Part shown: positions 17,995-28,457 of the stretch, piece by piece | Numbering within the stretch: the first letter of the stretch is position 1 | How the letters are laid out: the number at the start of each line of letters is the position of its first letter | NCBI GenBank assembly: GCA_045613125.1 | Contig: JAZLAM010000016.1 | Location: 4,699-68,698 of the forward strand | Reading direction: 5' to 3' | Origin: Alphaproteobacteria bacterium | Lineage (GTDB): Bacteria; Pseudomonadota; Alphaproteobacteria; RF32; CAG-239 | Length of the DNA: 64,000 nucleotides | Position numbers and translations under genes: made by a program | Notes under the pieces: generated by a model | Databases searched by the model: none | What the model was told of the DNA's origin: nothing | The model's input: only the letters and a program-made list of their open reading frames with translations

Positions 17995-19761
17995 ATGAAC
18001 GAATATCGGACACATACCTGCGGCGAACTCCGCAGTTCAGACATCGGTAAAGTTGTAAAACTTGCCGGTTGGATTCATCGTAAACGTAATTTGGGAAATT
18101 TATGCTTTGTTGATTTGCGAGATCATTATGGCATCACACAATGCGTTGTCGATTCTTCGTCCGATTTATTTGATAAAATTGAAAATACTCGTGTTGAAAG
18201 CGTGGTTGAATTTGATGGCGAAGTGATTGCTCGTGAAAGTGTCAATAAGAATATGCCGACCGGCGACATTGAAATAAAAGTTACATCAATGAAAATTCAT
18301 TCGGAGGCTGATGTTTTACCGATTCAGGTTTCAGGACATGGTGACGAACCTGAAGAATTGCGCTTAAAATATCGTTTCTTAGACTTAAGACGTGAGCGTA
18401 TCCACAGCAACATTATGCTTCGCTCAAAAGTAATTTCTCGCATGCGTGAATTGATGACGGAACAAGGTTTTACAGAATATCAAACACCAATTTTAACAGC
18501 TTCTTCTCCTGAAGGTGCTCGTGACTTTTTGGTTCCGTCACGCATTAATCCGGGTAGGTTTTATGCCCTTCCTCAAGCCCCTCAACAATTTAAACAGCTT
18601 TTGATGGTATCAGGCTTTGACAGATATTTTCAAATTGCCCCATGTTTTAGAGATGAAGATCCTCGAGCAGATCGTAGCCCGGGCGAATTTTATCAACTCG
18701 ATATGGAAATGAGTTTTGTTACTCAAGAAGATGTATTTAAAGTTCTTGAACACACAATGGGATCAATTTTTAATGAATTTGCAAACGGAAAAACCGTTGA
18801 CCAAGCTCCTTTTACGCGCATTCCGTTCAGAGAAGCTATGTTAAAATACGGTTCTGATAAACCTGACTTGAGAAACCCTTTAATCATTCAAGATGCTACA
18901 TCATTTTTTAACAATTCAGGCTTCGGATTATATGATTCAAAAGTTCAAAACGGTGAACAAATAAGAGCAATTGTAGCACCAAACGCAGGTGATAAAGCTC
19001 GTTCATTTTTTGATAAATTTGATGCTCATGCTAAAGCAGAAAATATGGGTGGAATTGCTTATGTTGCGTTTTCTTCAACAGGTGCAAAAGGTATTGCAAA
19101 ATATTTCAGCGAAGAAAAACTTGCAGAACTTAAAGCTGTTTTCGGAGCCAACGAAGGTGACGCTGTTTTGTTTATGGGCGGTAACAAGAAACTGATTAAC
19201 AAATTTGCCGGTAAAGTTCGCAATATGATAGGTGAAGAATTAGGCTTGTTTGATTATAATTCGTTCAAACTCTGCTGGATTGTAGATTTTCCGATGTATG
19301 AAGAAAACGAAGAAACCGGCGCAGTTGAATTTTCTCACAACCCGTTTTCAATGCCACAGGGCGGAATGGATGCTTTGTTAAACAAAAATCCTTTAGATAT
19401 ATTGGCTTATCAATATGATATGGTTTGTAACGGTGTCGAGCTTGCATCAGGCGCTGTCAGAAACCATAAACCGGAAATTATGTACAAAGCATTTGAAATT
19501 GCCGGATATGACAACTCAGTGGTTGATAATAAGTTCGGTGGTATGATAAACGCATTTAAATATGGCGCTCCACCGCACGCAGGCGCAGCTCCGGGAATTG
19601 ATAGAACAATTATGCTTTTGCTTGATGAACCTATCATCAGAGATGTTATCATCTTCCCATTAAACGGTAAAGCGCAAGATTTGATGATGCAAGCTCCAAA
19701 TACGGTAACGGAAAAACAACTTGAAGAATTGCATATCAAACTTGATATAAAAGAAAAATAA
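17995..19761 (+). CDS. aspS: Aspartyl-tRNA synthetase
   Basis: [37 protein letters not shown]; start at ATG 17995 after GAGG. Confidence 0.97.
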   Translation: MNEYRTHTCGELRSSDIGKVVKLAGWIHRKRNLGNLCFVDLRDHYGITQCVVDSSSDLFDKIENTRVESVVEFDGEVIARESVNKNMPTGDIEIKVTSMKIHSEADVLPIQVSGHGDEPEELRLKYRFLDLRRERIHSNIMLRSKVISRMRELMTEQGFTEYQTPILTASSPEGARDFLVPSRINPGRFYALPQAPQQFKQLLMVSGFDRYFQIAPCFRDEDPRADRSPGEFYQLDMEMSFVTQEDVFKVLEHTMGSIFNEFANGKTVDQAPFTRIPFREAMLKYGSDKPDLRNPLIIQDATSFFNNSGFGLYDSKVQNGEQIRAIVAPNAGDKARSFFDKFDAHAKAENMGGIAYVAFSSTGAKGIAKYFSEEKLAELKAVFGANEGDAVLFMGGNKKLINKFAGKVRNMIGEELGLFDYNSFKLCWIVDFPMYEENEETGAVEFSHNPFSMPQGGMDALLNKNPLDILAYQYDMVCNGVELASGAVRNHKPEIMYKAFEIAGYDNSVVDNKFGGMINAFKYGAPPHAGAAPGIDRTIMLLLDEPIIRDVIIFPLNGKAQDLMMQAPNTVTEKQLEELHIKLDIKEK

Positions 19762-19765
19762 TCTT

Positions 19766-19792
19766 AAAGCCTCGATAATCGAGGCTTTTTTT
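19766..19792. terminator. Terminator aspS/nrdG
   Basis: AAAGCCTCGAT-A-ATCGAGGCTTTTT. Confidence 0.8.
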
Positions 19793-20507
19793 ATTTTCTT
19801 ATATCAAAAATTTCAAATGTATTATGTAAAAACTCTATCAAAGATTTATCACTTATCAACGATTCGCACATCTCATCGGTTGTGTTTTTATCGCTTTCAA
19901 TCGGACGATATTTTTGCAAATAATATTCTTTTACGCCAAATTCTTTTAACGATTTTGCAATATCATATATATCTTCAACATTTAAAATTCTCGGATCACA
20001 AGTTGTACGGCATTCAAAATGTATACCGCTATCAATAAGGATTTTTAAGCTCTCGATTATGTTTTCAATTTTATCAAAACAACCTGTTGCTTTTTTATAT
20101 TTTTGAGCATCAAACGGAGCTTTTATATCTAAACCTACCCAATCTAGCTTGTTTACAACTTTTTTAAGCATAATCGGATTAAAACCACCCGTATGAAGAC
20201 CAACTTCATAACCTAAACTTTTAACTTCATCAATTGCTTTATCCAAGCCTTCTTGAACCAGAGGCTCACCTCCGGAAAAAACAACGGCATCTAAAACTTT
20301 TTTTCTTCTTTGCAAAAAACATTTTAAGGTTTCAAAAGTCCAACCGCTTTCAGATGCGCCACCAATTTTTTGTAAACTTAAGTTGTAGCAAAACGGACAT
20401 CTCCACGGACATCCTTGCATAAAAACAACCGCAGCCATCTTATTTGGAAAATCGACGATGCTGAATTGCTCAACATCGCCGATTGTAATAGGATTTAAAC
20501 TATCCAT
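19791..20507 (-). CDS. nrdG: Anaerobic RNR activating enzyme (radical SAM)
   Basis: GCPWRCPFCYN (CxxxCxxC), FSGGEP, GLDIKAP. Confidence 0.92.
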   Translation of the reverse strand: MDSLNPITIGDVEQFSIVDFPNKMAAVVFMQGCPWRCPFCYNLSLQKIGGASESGWTFETLKCFLQRRKKVLDAVVFSGGEPLVQEGLDKAIDEVKSLGYEVGLHTGGFNPIMLKKVVNKLDWVGLDIKAPFDAQKYKKATGCFDKIENIIESLKILIDSGIHFECRTTCDPRILNVEDIYDIAKSLKEFGVKEYYLQKYRPIESDKNTTDEMCESLISDKSLIEFLHNTFEIFDIRK

Positions 20508-20513
20508 AAAAAA

Positions 20514-20720
20514 CTACTCTGCAGCCATTGCCAAGTTTTGATTCATGCCACAAACAGCTTTTTCTTCTTTGAAGCAAACTCTGGTATAATATTCAGATTT
20601 CTTACCTTTGTTAAATTCAGAAACCGGACGATGATAACCCATAACACGGGTCCAAATTTCACAAGGTTGTCTTTCAGAATCTGCTAATTTGATATCATTT
20701 ATATCTATTACATTGGTCAT
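20514..20720 (-). CDS. nrdD: Stand-alone glycyl-radical C-terminal domain of class III RNR
   Basis: CEIWTRVMGYHRPVSEFNKGKKSE; own AGGAG RBS (20729-33). Confidence 0.9.
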   Translation of the reverse strand: MTNVIDINDIKLADSERQPCEIWTRVMGYHRPVSEFNKGKKSEYYTRVCFKEEKAVCGMNQNLAMAAE

Positions 20721-20755
20721 TATATATTCTCCTAAATAAATTTTGTTATGGGTTA

Positions 20756-22819
20756 TTAAGCTACATTTTCTTGTTTGGCTTTTAAGGCCTTAATTTTCTC
20801 TGCTTTTTTCTCTTCGTCACAAAGTGGGCAGAATTTATGTTCACCTGATAAGTAGCCGTGTTTCGGACATACTGAAAAGGTAGGAGTAATAGTAATATAT
20901 GGTAAGCGATAATTTGTTAAAACGCGTTTAACTAAATCACGACAAACCTTAGCCGATGATATACGTTGGCCCATATAAAGGTGTAAAACCGTTCCACCTG
21001 TATATTTTGTTTGCAATTCAGATTGCAACTCAAGAGCCTCAAACGGATCATCAGTAAAGCCAACCGGAAGTTGAGAAGAGTTTGTATAGTATGGATCTTC
21101 TTTAGTACCGGCTTGAATAATATCTTTATATCTTTTCTTATCTTCACGAGCAAAACGATATGTAGCACTTTCAGCAGGTGTTGCTTCCAAGTTATACATA
21201 TGTCCTGTTTCTTCTTGGATTTTAACCATCTTCTCTCTGATATAATCTAAGAACTTAACAGCAAATGCTTGTCCCCATTCGTCAGAAATGTTGTGTTCAT
21301 CATTTGTGTAGTTTCTTATCATTTCATTGATACCATTAACACCAATGGTAGAAAAGTGATTACGAAGTGTTCCTAAATAACGTTTTGTAAATGGGAACAA
21401 ACCGTTCTGAATGAGTCTTTCGATAACTTTACGTTTAATTTCAAGTGATGTTCTTGCAATGTTCATCAATTCATCAACACGGCCGAAAAGACCAGCTTCA
21501 TCGCCTTTATATACATATCCCAAACGAGCACAGTTAAATGTTACAACACCAACTGAACCTGTTTGTTCTGCAGAACCGAATAAACCGTTACCTTTTGCAA
21601 GCAATTCACGCAAATCAAGTTGCAAACGACAACACATTGAGCGAATTTGTCCCGGTTTTAAAACCGAATTTAAGAAGTTTTGGAAATAAGGCAAGCCATA
21701 TTTTGCTGTCATTTCAAATAACAACAATGTGTTTTCATCTTCCCAAGGAAAATCCCATGTCATGTTATATGTCGGAATCGGGAATGTAAACGGACGACCC
21801 TTAATATCACCTTTCATCATAACCGTGATATAGGCCTTATTGATCATTGCCATTTCTTCTTTTAAGTCACCATATGTAAATGGTTGTTCAACACCTGCAA
21901 TAATCGGATGTTTATCTCTCAAATCTTCAGGACATACCCAGTCAAAAGTAAAGTTTGTAAATGGTGTTTGAGAACCCCAACGAGAAGGAACATTCAAATT
22001 ATAAATGAGTTCTTGCATAGATTGTTCAACTTGCTCATAAGTTAAACCATCTTTACGAATATAAGGAGCCAAATATGTATCAACCGATGAAAAAGCTTGT
22101 GCACCGGCCCACTCATTTTGTAATGTGCCCATAAAGTTTACCATTTGACCGATAGCTGCTGATAAATGCTTAGCCGGACCGGCTTCTGTTTTACCCGGAA
22201 CACCGTTAAAACCTTCATGCAACAAGTTCTTTAATGACCATCCCGCACAATATGCAGCAAGCATATCCAAATCATGAATATGAATATCACCGTTTCTGTG
22301 AGCTTCACCAACTTCTGCAGGATACACATGACTTAACCAATAGTTAGCGGTAACTTTACCTGAAACGTTCAGGATTAAACCACCATTAGAATATCCTTGG
22401 TTAGCATTTGCATTAACACGCCAGTCTAATTTTTCCAAATATTCATTAATAGAGCTTTCAACATCTACCATGATCTTTCTGTCAGAACGCATACGATTAC
22501 GCTGATCGCGGTATAAAATATAAGCTTTTGCCGTATTAAAATAGTTGTCAGAAATTAAAACTTGTTCCACAATATCTTGAATTTGTTCAATGGTAGGAAG
22601 CGATTCGCTAAACTTGTGCTCCATAACCTTTAAAACTTTCGCAGTTAACAACCACGATTCTTGGTCACCAAACTCACCGGTTGATGTTCCAGCTTTCAAA
22701 ATAGCATTATAAATTTTGCTAGAATCAAAAGGAGCGAGTGTACCATCTCTTTTTGTAACCTGATCAATGCTTACATTATCATTTTTAACATTAGGCATTT
22801 CGTATTTATGTTCTGACAT
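20756..22819 (-). CDS. nrdD: Class III (anaerobic) ribonucleoside-triphosphate reductase, ATP cone and catalytic barrel
   Basis: KRDG ATP-cone, HIHDL, YCAGWSL, RSMCCRL, EATPAE, CPKHGY..C..C; lacks the RVxGY tail. Confidence 0.95.
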   Translation of the reverse strand: MSEHKYEMPNVKNDNVSIDQVTKRDGTLAPFDSSKIYNAILKAGTSTGEFGDQESWLLTAKVLKVMEHKFSESLPTIEQIQDIVEQVLISDNYFNTAKAYILYRDQRNRMRSDRKIMVDVESSINEYLEKLDWRVNANANQGYSNGGLILNVSGKVTANYWLSHVYPAEVGEAHRNGDIHIHDLDMLAAYCAGWSLKNLLHEGFNGVPGKTEAGPAKHLSAAIGQMVNFMGTLQNEWAGAQAFSSVDTYLAPYIRKDGLTYEQVEQSMQELIYNLNVPSRWGSQTPFTNFTFDWVCPEDLRDKHPIIAGVEQPFTYGDLKEEMAMINKAYITVMMKGDIKGRPFTFPIPTYNMTWDFPWEDENTLLLFEMTAKYGLPYFQNFLNSVLKPGQIRSMCCRLQLDLRELLAKGNGLFGSAEQTGSVGVVTFNCARLGYVYKGDEAGLFGRVDELMNIARTSLEIKRKVIERLIQNGLFPFTKRYLGTLRNHFSTIGVNGINEMIRNYTNDEHNISDEWGQAFAVKFLDYIREKMVKIQEETGHMYNLEATPAESATYRFAREDKKRYKDIIQAGTKEDPYYTNSSQLPVGFTDDPFEALELQSELQTKYTGGTVLHLYMGQRISSAKVCRDLVKRVLTNYRLPYITITPTFSVCPKHGYLSGEHKFCPLCDEEKKAEKIKALKAKQENVA

Positions 22820-22892
22820 TTATGCTTTTTCCTTATATTCTCTTTGTTTATCTTATATTGTTCTTGTAATTTAGCATCAGTTGCTAGTTGAT

Positions 22893-22939
22893 ATACAATA
22901 TATAGTATTAAATAAAAGTAAATAAACTATATATTGTAT
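22893..22939. promoter_or_regulatory. Tandem NrdR boxes upstream of nrdD
   Basis: ATACAATATATAGTAT (22893-908) and AAACTATATATTGTAT (22924-939) match acaCwAtATaTwGtg; starts are 31 bp apart. Confidence 0.88.
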
Positions 22940-23087
22940 GCACAAAAAATTTTTTTACTAATGATATTGTGATTTTACTTTCGAATTTCATAATGCAAAA
23001 ATCTGCATAGCTGTTCAAGATAAAAATGTTAATAAAAACAAAAAAACTTCTATCTCATTATAAATAGGCATATTTTTTTTTACACAA

Positions 23088-23180
23088 CGTGGATAAATTC
23101 TTTAACGAGACAAAAATAACGTAAAATCAATAAGATAATTCTAATTGATTGATATTGTATGACAAAAAAAATTATCCACA
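23088..23180. promoter_or_regulatory. DnaA boxes
   Basis: Perfect TTATCCACA at 23172-80; 1-mismatch box (CGTGGATAA) in opposite orientation at 23088-96. Confidence 0.55.
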
Positions 23181-23269
23181 CAACTTTAGATGAGTCTTAG
23201 GCTGAAAAATGAACTTTTTAAGTGTGTTTTTAATAAAAATCGAGTCGTAAATAATAAAAATATCTGCTA

Positions 23270-23890
23270 TTACAATTTAAAATACCAAAATAAAGCCATT
23301 TGGTCAGTAGCACCTCGTTTATCTGCTATAGTACACACCTTTGTAGCTCTTGCTACCGAGAAAGGTGCAGGATAGTTTTTATCACCTGTTATTGCAAAAT
23401 TTTCGGTTGCAGTTTTCCAATCGTATCCACCTGTCGATGGTGCTCCTCCCCAAAAATCACCACCCATGCCGTATAAATCTGTTCCCCAATCTGCTGTTAA
23501 CATGGTTACACAAACATCTTTTGGTATGTTGTTCATTGATATCATAAAAATATTATCTGATTTTACAATTTCACTCCCCAAATAAGTTTTTGAAAAAGAA
23601 ATCTGACCACCCCAAAAATGCTCAGGATAGTCAGAATCTTTAGTTTTATACATTTCTGAAGGAACCAGACCCATCTTTTTTATATTTTCATTATTTAATC
23701 CGTCTGTTGTTCCTTGCACACCAAAAGACGCTTGAATATTTGCTATAATATGTGTCATTTGATCGGAAAATTTATTTACCTTATATTTATGCATGGCTTT
23801 AGAATAACCGGCTATACCTCCAACGGATAAGACACCGATGATGGCCAAAACACCAAGCATTTCTACCATAGAACGACCACTTTGGTTCAT
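23270..23890 (-). CDS. Prepilin-like protein A (class III signal peptide-like)
   Basis: MNQSG|RSMVEMLGVLAIIGVLSVGGIAGY with E5 and hydrophobic helix; start ATG 23890 after AAGGA. Confidence 0.85.
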   Translation of the reverse strand: MNQSGRSMVEMLGVLAIIGVLSVGGIAGYSKAMHKYKVNKFSDQMTHIIANIQASFGVQGTTDGLNNENIKKMGLVPSEMYKTKDSDYPEHFWGGQISFSKTYLGSEIVKSDNIFMISMNNIPKDVCVTMLTADWGTDLYGMGGDFWGGAPSTGGYDWKTATENFAITGDKNYPAPFSVARATKVCTIADKRGATDQMALFWYFKL

Positions 23891-23917
23891 ATTTTCCTTT
23901 ATCCTTATATTCAAAAT

Positions 23918-24120
23918 AAAAACCCACTTTATAAAAAGCGGGCGGATGTTCGAAAACCGTATAATCGCAAACGGCTTGGCTTATTCAAGCCTTACGCTCT
24001 TATTTAGCCGACATCCGTCCACATAAAGACTAATGTCGGCATAATTATTTTTAGTCGTTTATGCTTGACGACTGCGATTATGAAGGGTTTCGACGCCCTA
24101 GGTACAAAAACCTTGCACCC
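23918..24120 (-). ncRNA. Structured leader A: C4/CI-like antisense RNA module plus terminator
   Basis: Homologous to 32792-32990 with compensatory changes; core closed by GGACGGATGT/ACATCCGCCC (23940-24020); terminator CCCGCTTT..AAAGTGGG-TTTTT. Confidence 0.8.
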
Positions 24121-24127
24121 GAACAAA

Positions 24128-24156
24128 AGACTAAAAGAAAAAAATATTAAAGTAAA
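24128..24156 (-). promoter_or_regulatory. sigma70-like promoter for leader A
   Basis: TTTACT-N17-TAGTCT places the TSS at about 24120, the first hairpin. Confidence 0.55.
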
Positions 24157-24229
24157 GAATATTTTTGTTTTTGCTTAAATTTTTACTTGCAATAATGTAA
24201 ATAAACGTGTATAAACTGTCTGTTCAACT

Positions 24230-24263
24230 GGTGGTTTGGGCTAAAAAGGCATGCCTAACCGCT
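24230..24263 (+). promoter_or_regulatory. Candidate rpmI-rplT leader structure (possible L20 autoregulation)
   Basis: GGTGGTT..GGCATGCC..AACCGCT stem downstream of TTGCAA-N17-TATAAA promoter (24187-24215). Confidence 0.4.
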
Positions 24264-24300
24264 TTAATTATAATCCAATTTATAAAAGGAAGGATTTAAA

Positions 24301-24498
24301 ATGCCAAAACTAAAAACAAAAAGTGCCGCAAAGAAACGCTTTAGCGTTACCGGAACCGGCAAATTAAAAAGAAACTATGCATTTAAGAGACACTGCCTCT
24401 TCTGCAAATCTCCGAAAATGAAAAGACAAGCTCGTGGCTCTCTGTTGTTAAGCGAGTCAGATGTTCAAATTGTTAAAAAGTTTTTACCGTATTTGTAA
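24301..24498 (+). CDS. rpmI: 50S ribosomal protein L35
   Basis: [19 protein letters not shown]. Confidence 0.97.
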   Translation: MPKLKTKSAAKKRFSVTGTGKLKRNYAFKRHCLFCKSPKMKRQARGSLLLSESDVQIVKKFLPYL

Positions 24499-24510
24499 GG
24501 AGGATAAGAT

Positions 24511-24870
24511 ATGTCACGTGTTAAAAGAGGTATGACCGCTCACGCTCGCCATAAAAAAATTCTTGATATGGCTAAAGGTTATAGAGGTCGTAATAAAAAT
24601 GTATTCAGAGTTGCTGTTGAAAAAGTTGAAAAAGGTTTGCAATATGCATACCGCGATCGTAGAGCAAAGAAAAGAAGTTTCAGAGCTTTATGGATTCAAC
24701 GTATCAATGCTGCTACTCGTCTTCATGATATGACTTATTCACGATTTATCAGCGGGCTCAATAAGGCCGGCATTGAACTTGATCGTAAAGTTCTCGCTGA
24801 TATCGCTTTAAAAGAGCCCCAAGCTTTTGCTAAACTGGTAGATTCTGCCAAAGCGGCTCTTAACAAATAA
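24511..24870 (+). CDS. rplT: 50S ribosomal protein L20
   Basis: [28 protein letters not shown]. Confidence 0.98.
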   Translation: MSRVKRGMTAHARHKKILDMAKGYRGRNKNVFRVAVEKVEKGLQYAYRDRRAKKRSFRALWIQRINAATRLHDMTYSRFISGLNKAGIELDRKVLADIALKEPQAFAKLVDSAKAALNK

Positions 24871-24946
24871 GTAAGACAAAAATTTTAGTAAGAAGAGTCC
24901 TCTTGGCAAACCAAGATGACTCTTTTTACATATAAAGGTTAGAAAA

Positions 24947-26056
24947 ATGGAAGATTTAGAAAGTTTAAAAACACAAATATTAAGCAAAATCACGGTTGCT
25001 GACAATGTTAAAACTCTTGAAGATATCAGAATTTCTTCAATGGGTAAAAAAGGTATTATTACCGAACAAATGAAAAATTTGGGAACACTTCCTTTAGAAC
25101 AAAAAATCGAAATGGGTAAAAAACTCAATGTCGTAAAATCTGAAATTGAGCAAGCTCTTGTTACACAAAAAGAAATTTTGGAAGCAAAAGAATTAAACGA
25201 AAAACTTAAAAAAGAAACTCTTGATATAACGTTACCTGTAAGACCTGAAAATCAGGGACGTATTCATCCCGTTTCAAAAATTTATGAAGAAGTAGTGGCA
25301 ATTTTCGGACAGATGGGTTTTGAGGTTGCTGAAGGTCCTGATATTGAAGATCAGTTTCACAACTTTAACGCTTTAAATATGCCACACAACCACCCTGCAC
25401 GTCAAATGCAAGACACTTTCTATCTTCCAAATACAAAAGATGACAAGTTTGATATGGACAGTTCTTATGTTTTGCGTACTCACACTTCCGGTATACAAAT
25501 AAGAACCATGGAAAGCAAAAAGCCTCCGATTCGCATCATTGCACCGGGCAGAACTTATCGCTCAGATTATGACGCCACTCATACTCCGATGTTCCATCAG
25601 GTAGAAGGTTTGGTTATTGATAAACACACAACAATGGCTCATTTAAAAGGTTGCTTGTATGACTTTGTGAAAACCTTTTTCGAACTTGATGAAATTCCGG
25701 TTCGTTATCGTCCGTCACACTTTCCATTTACAGAACCATCTGCAGAAATGGATATCGGTTGTTTGAAAACAAAAACAGAACTTAAAGTCGGAGCCGGAAA
25801 CGATTGGCTAGAAATTTTAGGCTGCGGCATGGTTCATCCTAACGTATTAAGAGCCGGAGGTATTGATCCTGATGAATATCAAGGATTCGCTTTTGGTGTC
25901 GGTATAGACAGACTTGCTATGTTAAAATATGGTATACCTGATTTAAGAACTTTTTTTGAATCTGATATTCGTTGGATAAAAAATTACGGATTCGCACCGC
26001 TTGATTTTTCTTCATTAACAGGAGGATTAAGCAACAATGGAGGACAAACTCGATGA
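24947..26056 (+). CDS. pheS: Phenylalanyl-tRNA synthetase alpha subunit
   Basis: HPARQMQDTF, LRTHTS, FHQVEGL, FPFTEPS, GFAFG.GIDR. Confidence 0.98.
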   Translation: MEDLESLKTQILSKITVADNVKTLEDIRISSMGKKGIITEQMKNLGTLPLEQKIEMGKKLNVVKSEIEQALVTQKEILEAKELNEKLKKETLDITLPVRPENQGRIHPVSKIYEEVVAIFGQMGFEVAEGPDIEDQFHNFNALNMPHNHPARQMQDTFYLPNTKDDKFDMDSSYVLRTHTSGIQIRTMESKKPPIRIIAPGRTYRSDYDATHTPMFHQVEGLVIDKHTTMAHLKGCLYDFVKTFFELDEIPVRYRPSHFPFTEPSAEMDIGCLKTKTELKVGAGNDWLEILGCGMVHPNVLRAGGIDPDEYQGFAFGVGIDRLAMLKYGIPDLRTFFESDIRWIKNYGFAPLDFSSLTGGLSNNGGQTR

Positions 26057-28446
26057 AATTCACATTATCATGGTTAAAAGAGCATTTAGATACAAATGCT
26101 GATTTAAATACAATTGTAGAAACATTAACAAAGATCGGCTTAGAGGTTGAAGAAGTTATTAATCCGGCGGAAAATCTTAAAGGATTTATAACAGCCAGAG
26201 CTGAAAATGTTACCATGCATCCCGATTCGGATCATTTACATTTGCTAAGCGTCAACACGGGTACAGAACATTTACAAGTTGTATGCGGAGCTCCAAACGT
26301 AAAAGAAGGTATGATAGGAATTTTTGCTCCGGTGGGCACATTGATACCTTGTTATAACGAAACTTTAAAAGTAGGAAAAATAAGAGGTATTGAAAGTTTT
26401 GGAATGATGTGTTCCGAAAAAGAACTTGGTATTGGCCAAGATCATAGCGGTATTATCGAACTTGATAAAAACACCGCAATCGGTGTTGATGCTGCATCGG
26501 TTTTAAACTTTGATCCTGTCGTAGAAGTTGCAATCACACCAAACAGAGCAGAATGTTTGGGCGTTAGGGGAATTGCAAGAGATCTGGCTGCAGCAGGTAT
26601 AGGCACTTTAAAACCTTTAAACATTAAACAAACCTCTGCTACAATAAAAAGTCCGATTACAATTAATGTAGAATGTTCAGACGCTTGCCCTGTATATGTC
26701 GGACGATATATAAAAGGCGTAAATAATAAGGCTCAAACACCAAAATGGATGAAAGATCGCTTAACAGCTATCGGTCTTCGCTCCATTTCTCCGCTTGTTG
26801 ATATAACAAACTATATCAATTACGATTTAGCCCGTCCCCTACACGTTTTTGATGCAGATAAACTTTGTGGTAATATCAACGTGCGTATGGCAAACGAAAA
26901 TGAAAAATTTGTATCCTTAGAAGAAAAAGAATATACCTTAGACACTCTTTCTTTAGGTATTTGTGATGATGAAGGCATACAATGTTTAGGTGGTATTATG
27001 GGTGGCTTAAACAAAGGTTGCTCGGAAGATACGGTAAATGTGTTTTTAGAAAGCGCCTTATTTAAGCCTTCGGTAATTGCCAGAACCGGACGTAAATTTG
27101 CCATTGAATCAGATTCAAGATATCGTTATGAACGTTGGGTGGATCCTAAATCAAACATTTTAGGTTCAGATTATGCAACATCACTTATTTTAGAAATATG
27201 TGGTGGTCAAGCATCAGAGCAAATTGTATGTGGTTCGGAAGATATTAAAACAAATGTTGCACACATTCGCCCATCTCGATTAAAAGATTTTATCGGTATT
27301 GAAGTAAGTCAAGATAAGATATTGGAAATCTTAAATAACTTAGGTTTTGAAACATCTGTGGAAGAAGATAAAATTAAGGCAACATCTCCATCATGGAGAG
27401 GTGATATTGAAGGAGAACATGATCTGGTTGAAGAAGTTGTTCGTATGATAGGTTTAGATAAAATTCCGGCCATCAGCTTGCCGACCGAAAACTTACCGAA
27501 ACAAATTTTAAATCAGACACAAACAAATGTTGTTACCATAAAACATGAACTTGCATCAAGAGGTATGCTTGAAACTGTTACATGGAGCTTTACTTCTTCT
27601 AAAACTGCTAAAGATTTTATGAAAACAAATCAGCAAGATGTTGTTTTATTGCAAAACCCGATAGCTTCAGATTTAGATCAAATGCGCCCAAGTATTTTAC
27701 CTAATTTGTTAATTGGGGTAAAAAATAATATCACCAAAGGATATTCTGATGTTTCTATTTTTGAAGTCGGTCCGGAGTTTTACGGAAGAAATCCGAAAGA
27801 ACAACTAACTGTTGCAAGCGGTATAAGAGTGGGACAAACATCTAAAAAAGATTGGACAGGCACATCTCGCAACTTTGATATTTATGATGTAAAAGCAGAT
27901 GCAATTGCCGTTATTGCTGCCGCAAAAGGTCCGTTTGAAAACCTGCAAATATGTCGCGATGCGCCATCATATTATCATCCGGGAAGAAGCGGTTCTATGA
28001 GATTAGGTAAAAATGTGTTAGCATATTTTGGCGAACTTCATCCTGCCATTTCCAAAAAATTTGGTATCAAAGGCAGAGTTGTTGCTTTTGAAGTTTACCT
28101 TGATAACATTCCGTTGCCCAGAAACAATTCGGATAAATCTAAAAAGAAATTGGAACTTTTCAGCTTCCAACCTCTTGATAAAGATTTGGCTTTTGTAGTT
28201 GATAAAAATATTGATGCCAGCAATATTTTAGCTGCCGCTAAAAATGCTGACAGGAATTTAATTACCGATGTTCGTATTTTTGATATTTATGAAGGTGAAA
28301 ATTTGCCTGAAAATAAAAAATCGGTAGCATTAAGTGTTACCTTCCAACCGAAAGAGCAAACCTTTACAGATAAAGATATTGAAAATTTGATGAATAAAGT
28401 AATTGTTGAAGTCGGCAAAAAAACCGGCGGAGAATTAAGAAATTAA
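26053..28446 (+). CDS. pheT: Phenylalanyl-tRNA synthetase beta subunit
   Basis: MKFTLSWLKEHL, VVCGAPN, ITPNR, FGELHP, FDIYEG. Confidence 0.98.
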   Translation: MKFTLSWLKEHLDTNADLNTIVETLTKIGLEVEEVINPAENLKGFITARAENVTMHPDSDHLHLLSVNTGTEHLQVVCGAPNVKEGMIGIFAPVGTLIPCYNETLKVGKIRGIESFGMMCSEKELGIGQDHSGIIELDKNTAIGVDAASVLNFDPVVEVAITPNRAECLGVRGIARDLAAAGIGTLKPLNIKQTSATIKSPITINVECSDACPVYVGRYIKGVNNKAQTPKWMKDRLTAIGLRSISPLVDITNYINYDLARPLHVFDADKLCGNINVRMANENEKFVSLEEKEYTLDTLSLGICDDEGIQCLGGIMGGLNKGCSEDTVNVFLESALFKPSVIARTGRKFAIESDSRYRYERWVDPKSNILGSDYATSLILEICGGQASEQIVCGSEDIKTNVAHIRPSRLKDFIGIEVSQDKILEILNNLGFETSVEEDKIKATSPSWRGDIEGEHDLVEEVVRMIGLDKIPAISLPTENLPKQILNQTQTNVVTIKHELASRGMLETVTWSFTSSKTAKDFMKTNQQDVVLLQNPIASDLDQMRPSILPNLLIGVKNNITKGYSDVSIFEVGPEFYGRNPKEQLTVASGIRVGQTSKKDWTGTSRNFDIYDVKADAIAVIAAAKGPFENLQICRDAPSYYHPGRSGSMRLGKNVLAYFGELHPAISKKFGIKGRVVAFEVYLDNIPLPRNNSDKSKKKLELFSFQPLDKDLAFVVDKNIDASNILAAAKNADRNLITDVRIFDIYEGENLPENKKSVALSVTFQPKEQTFTDKDIENLMNKVIVEVGKKTGGELRN

Positions 28447-28457
28447 GGAAGAAAAAA

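Noticed and set aside
23891-23917. Second downstream a2/b2 target set, as in phage P1
   Set aside because: Only partial matches (TTGAA, TATAA) in A and weaker ones in B; not supportable.
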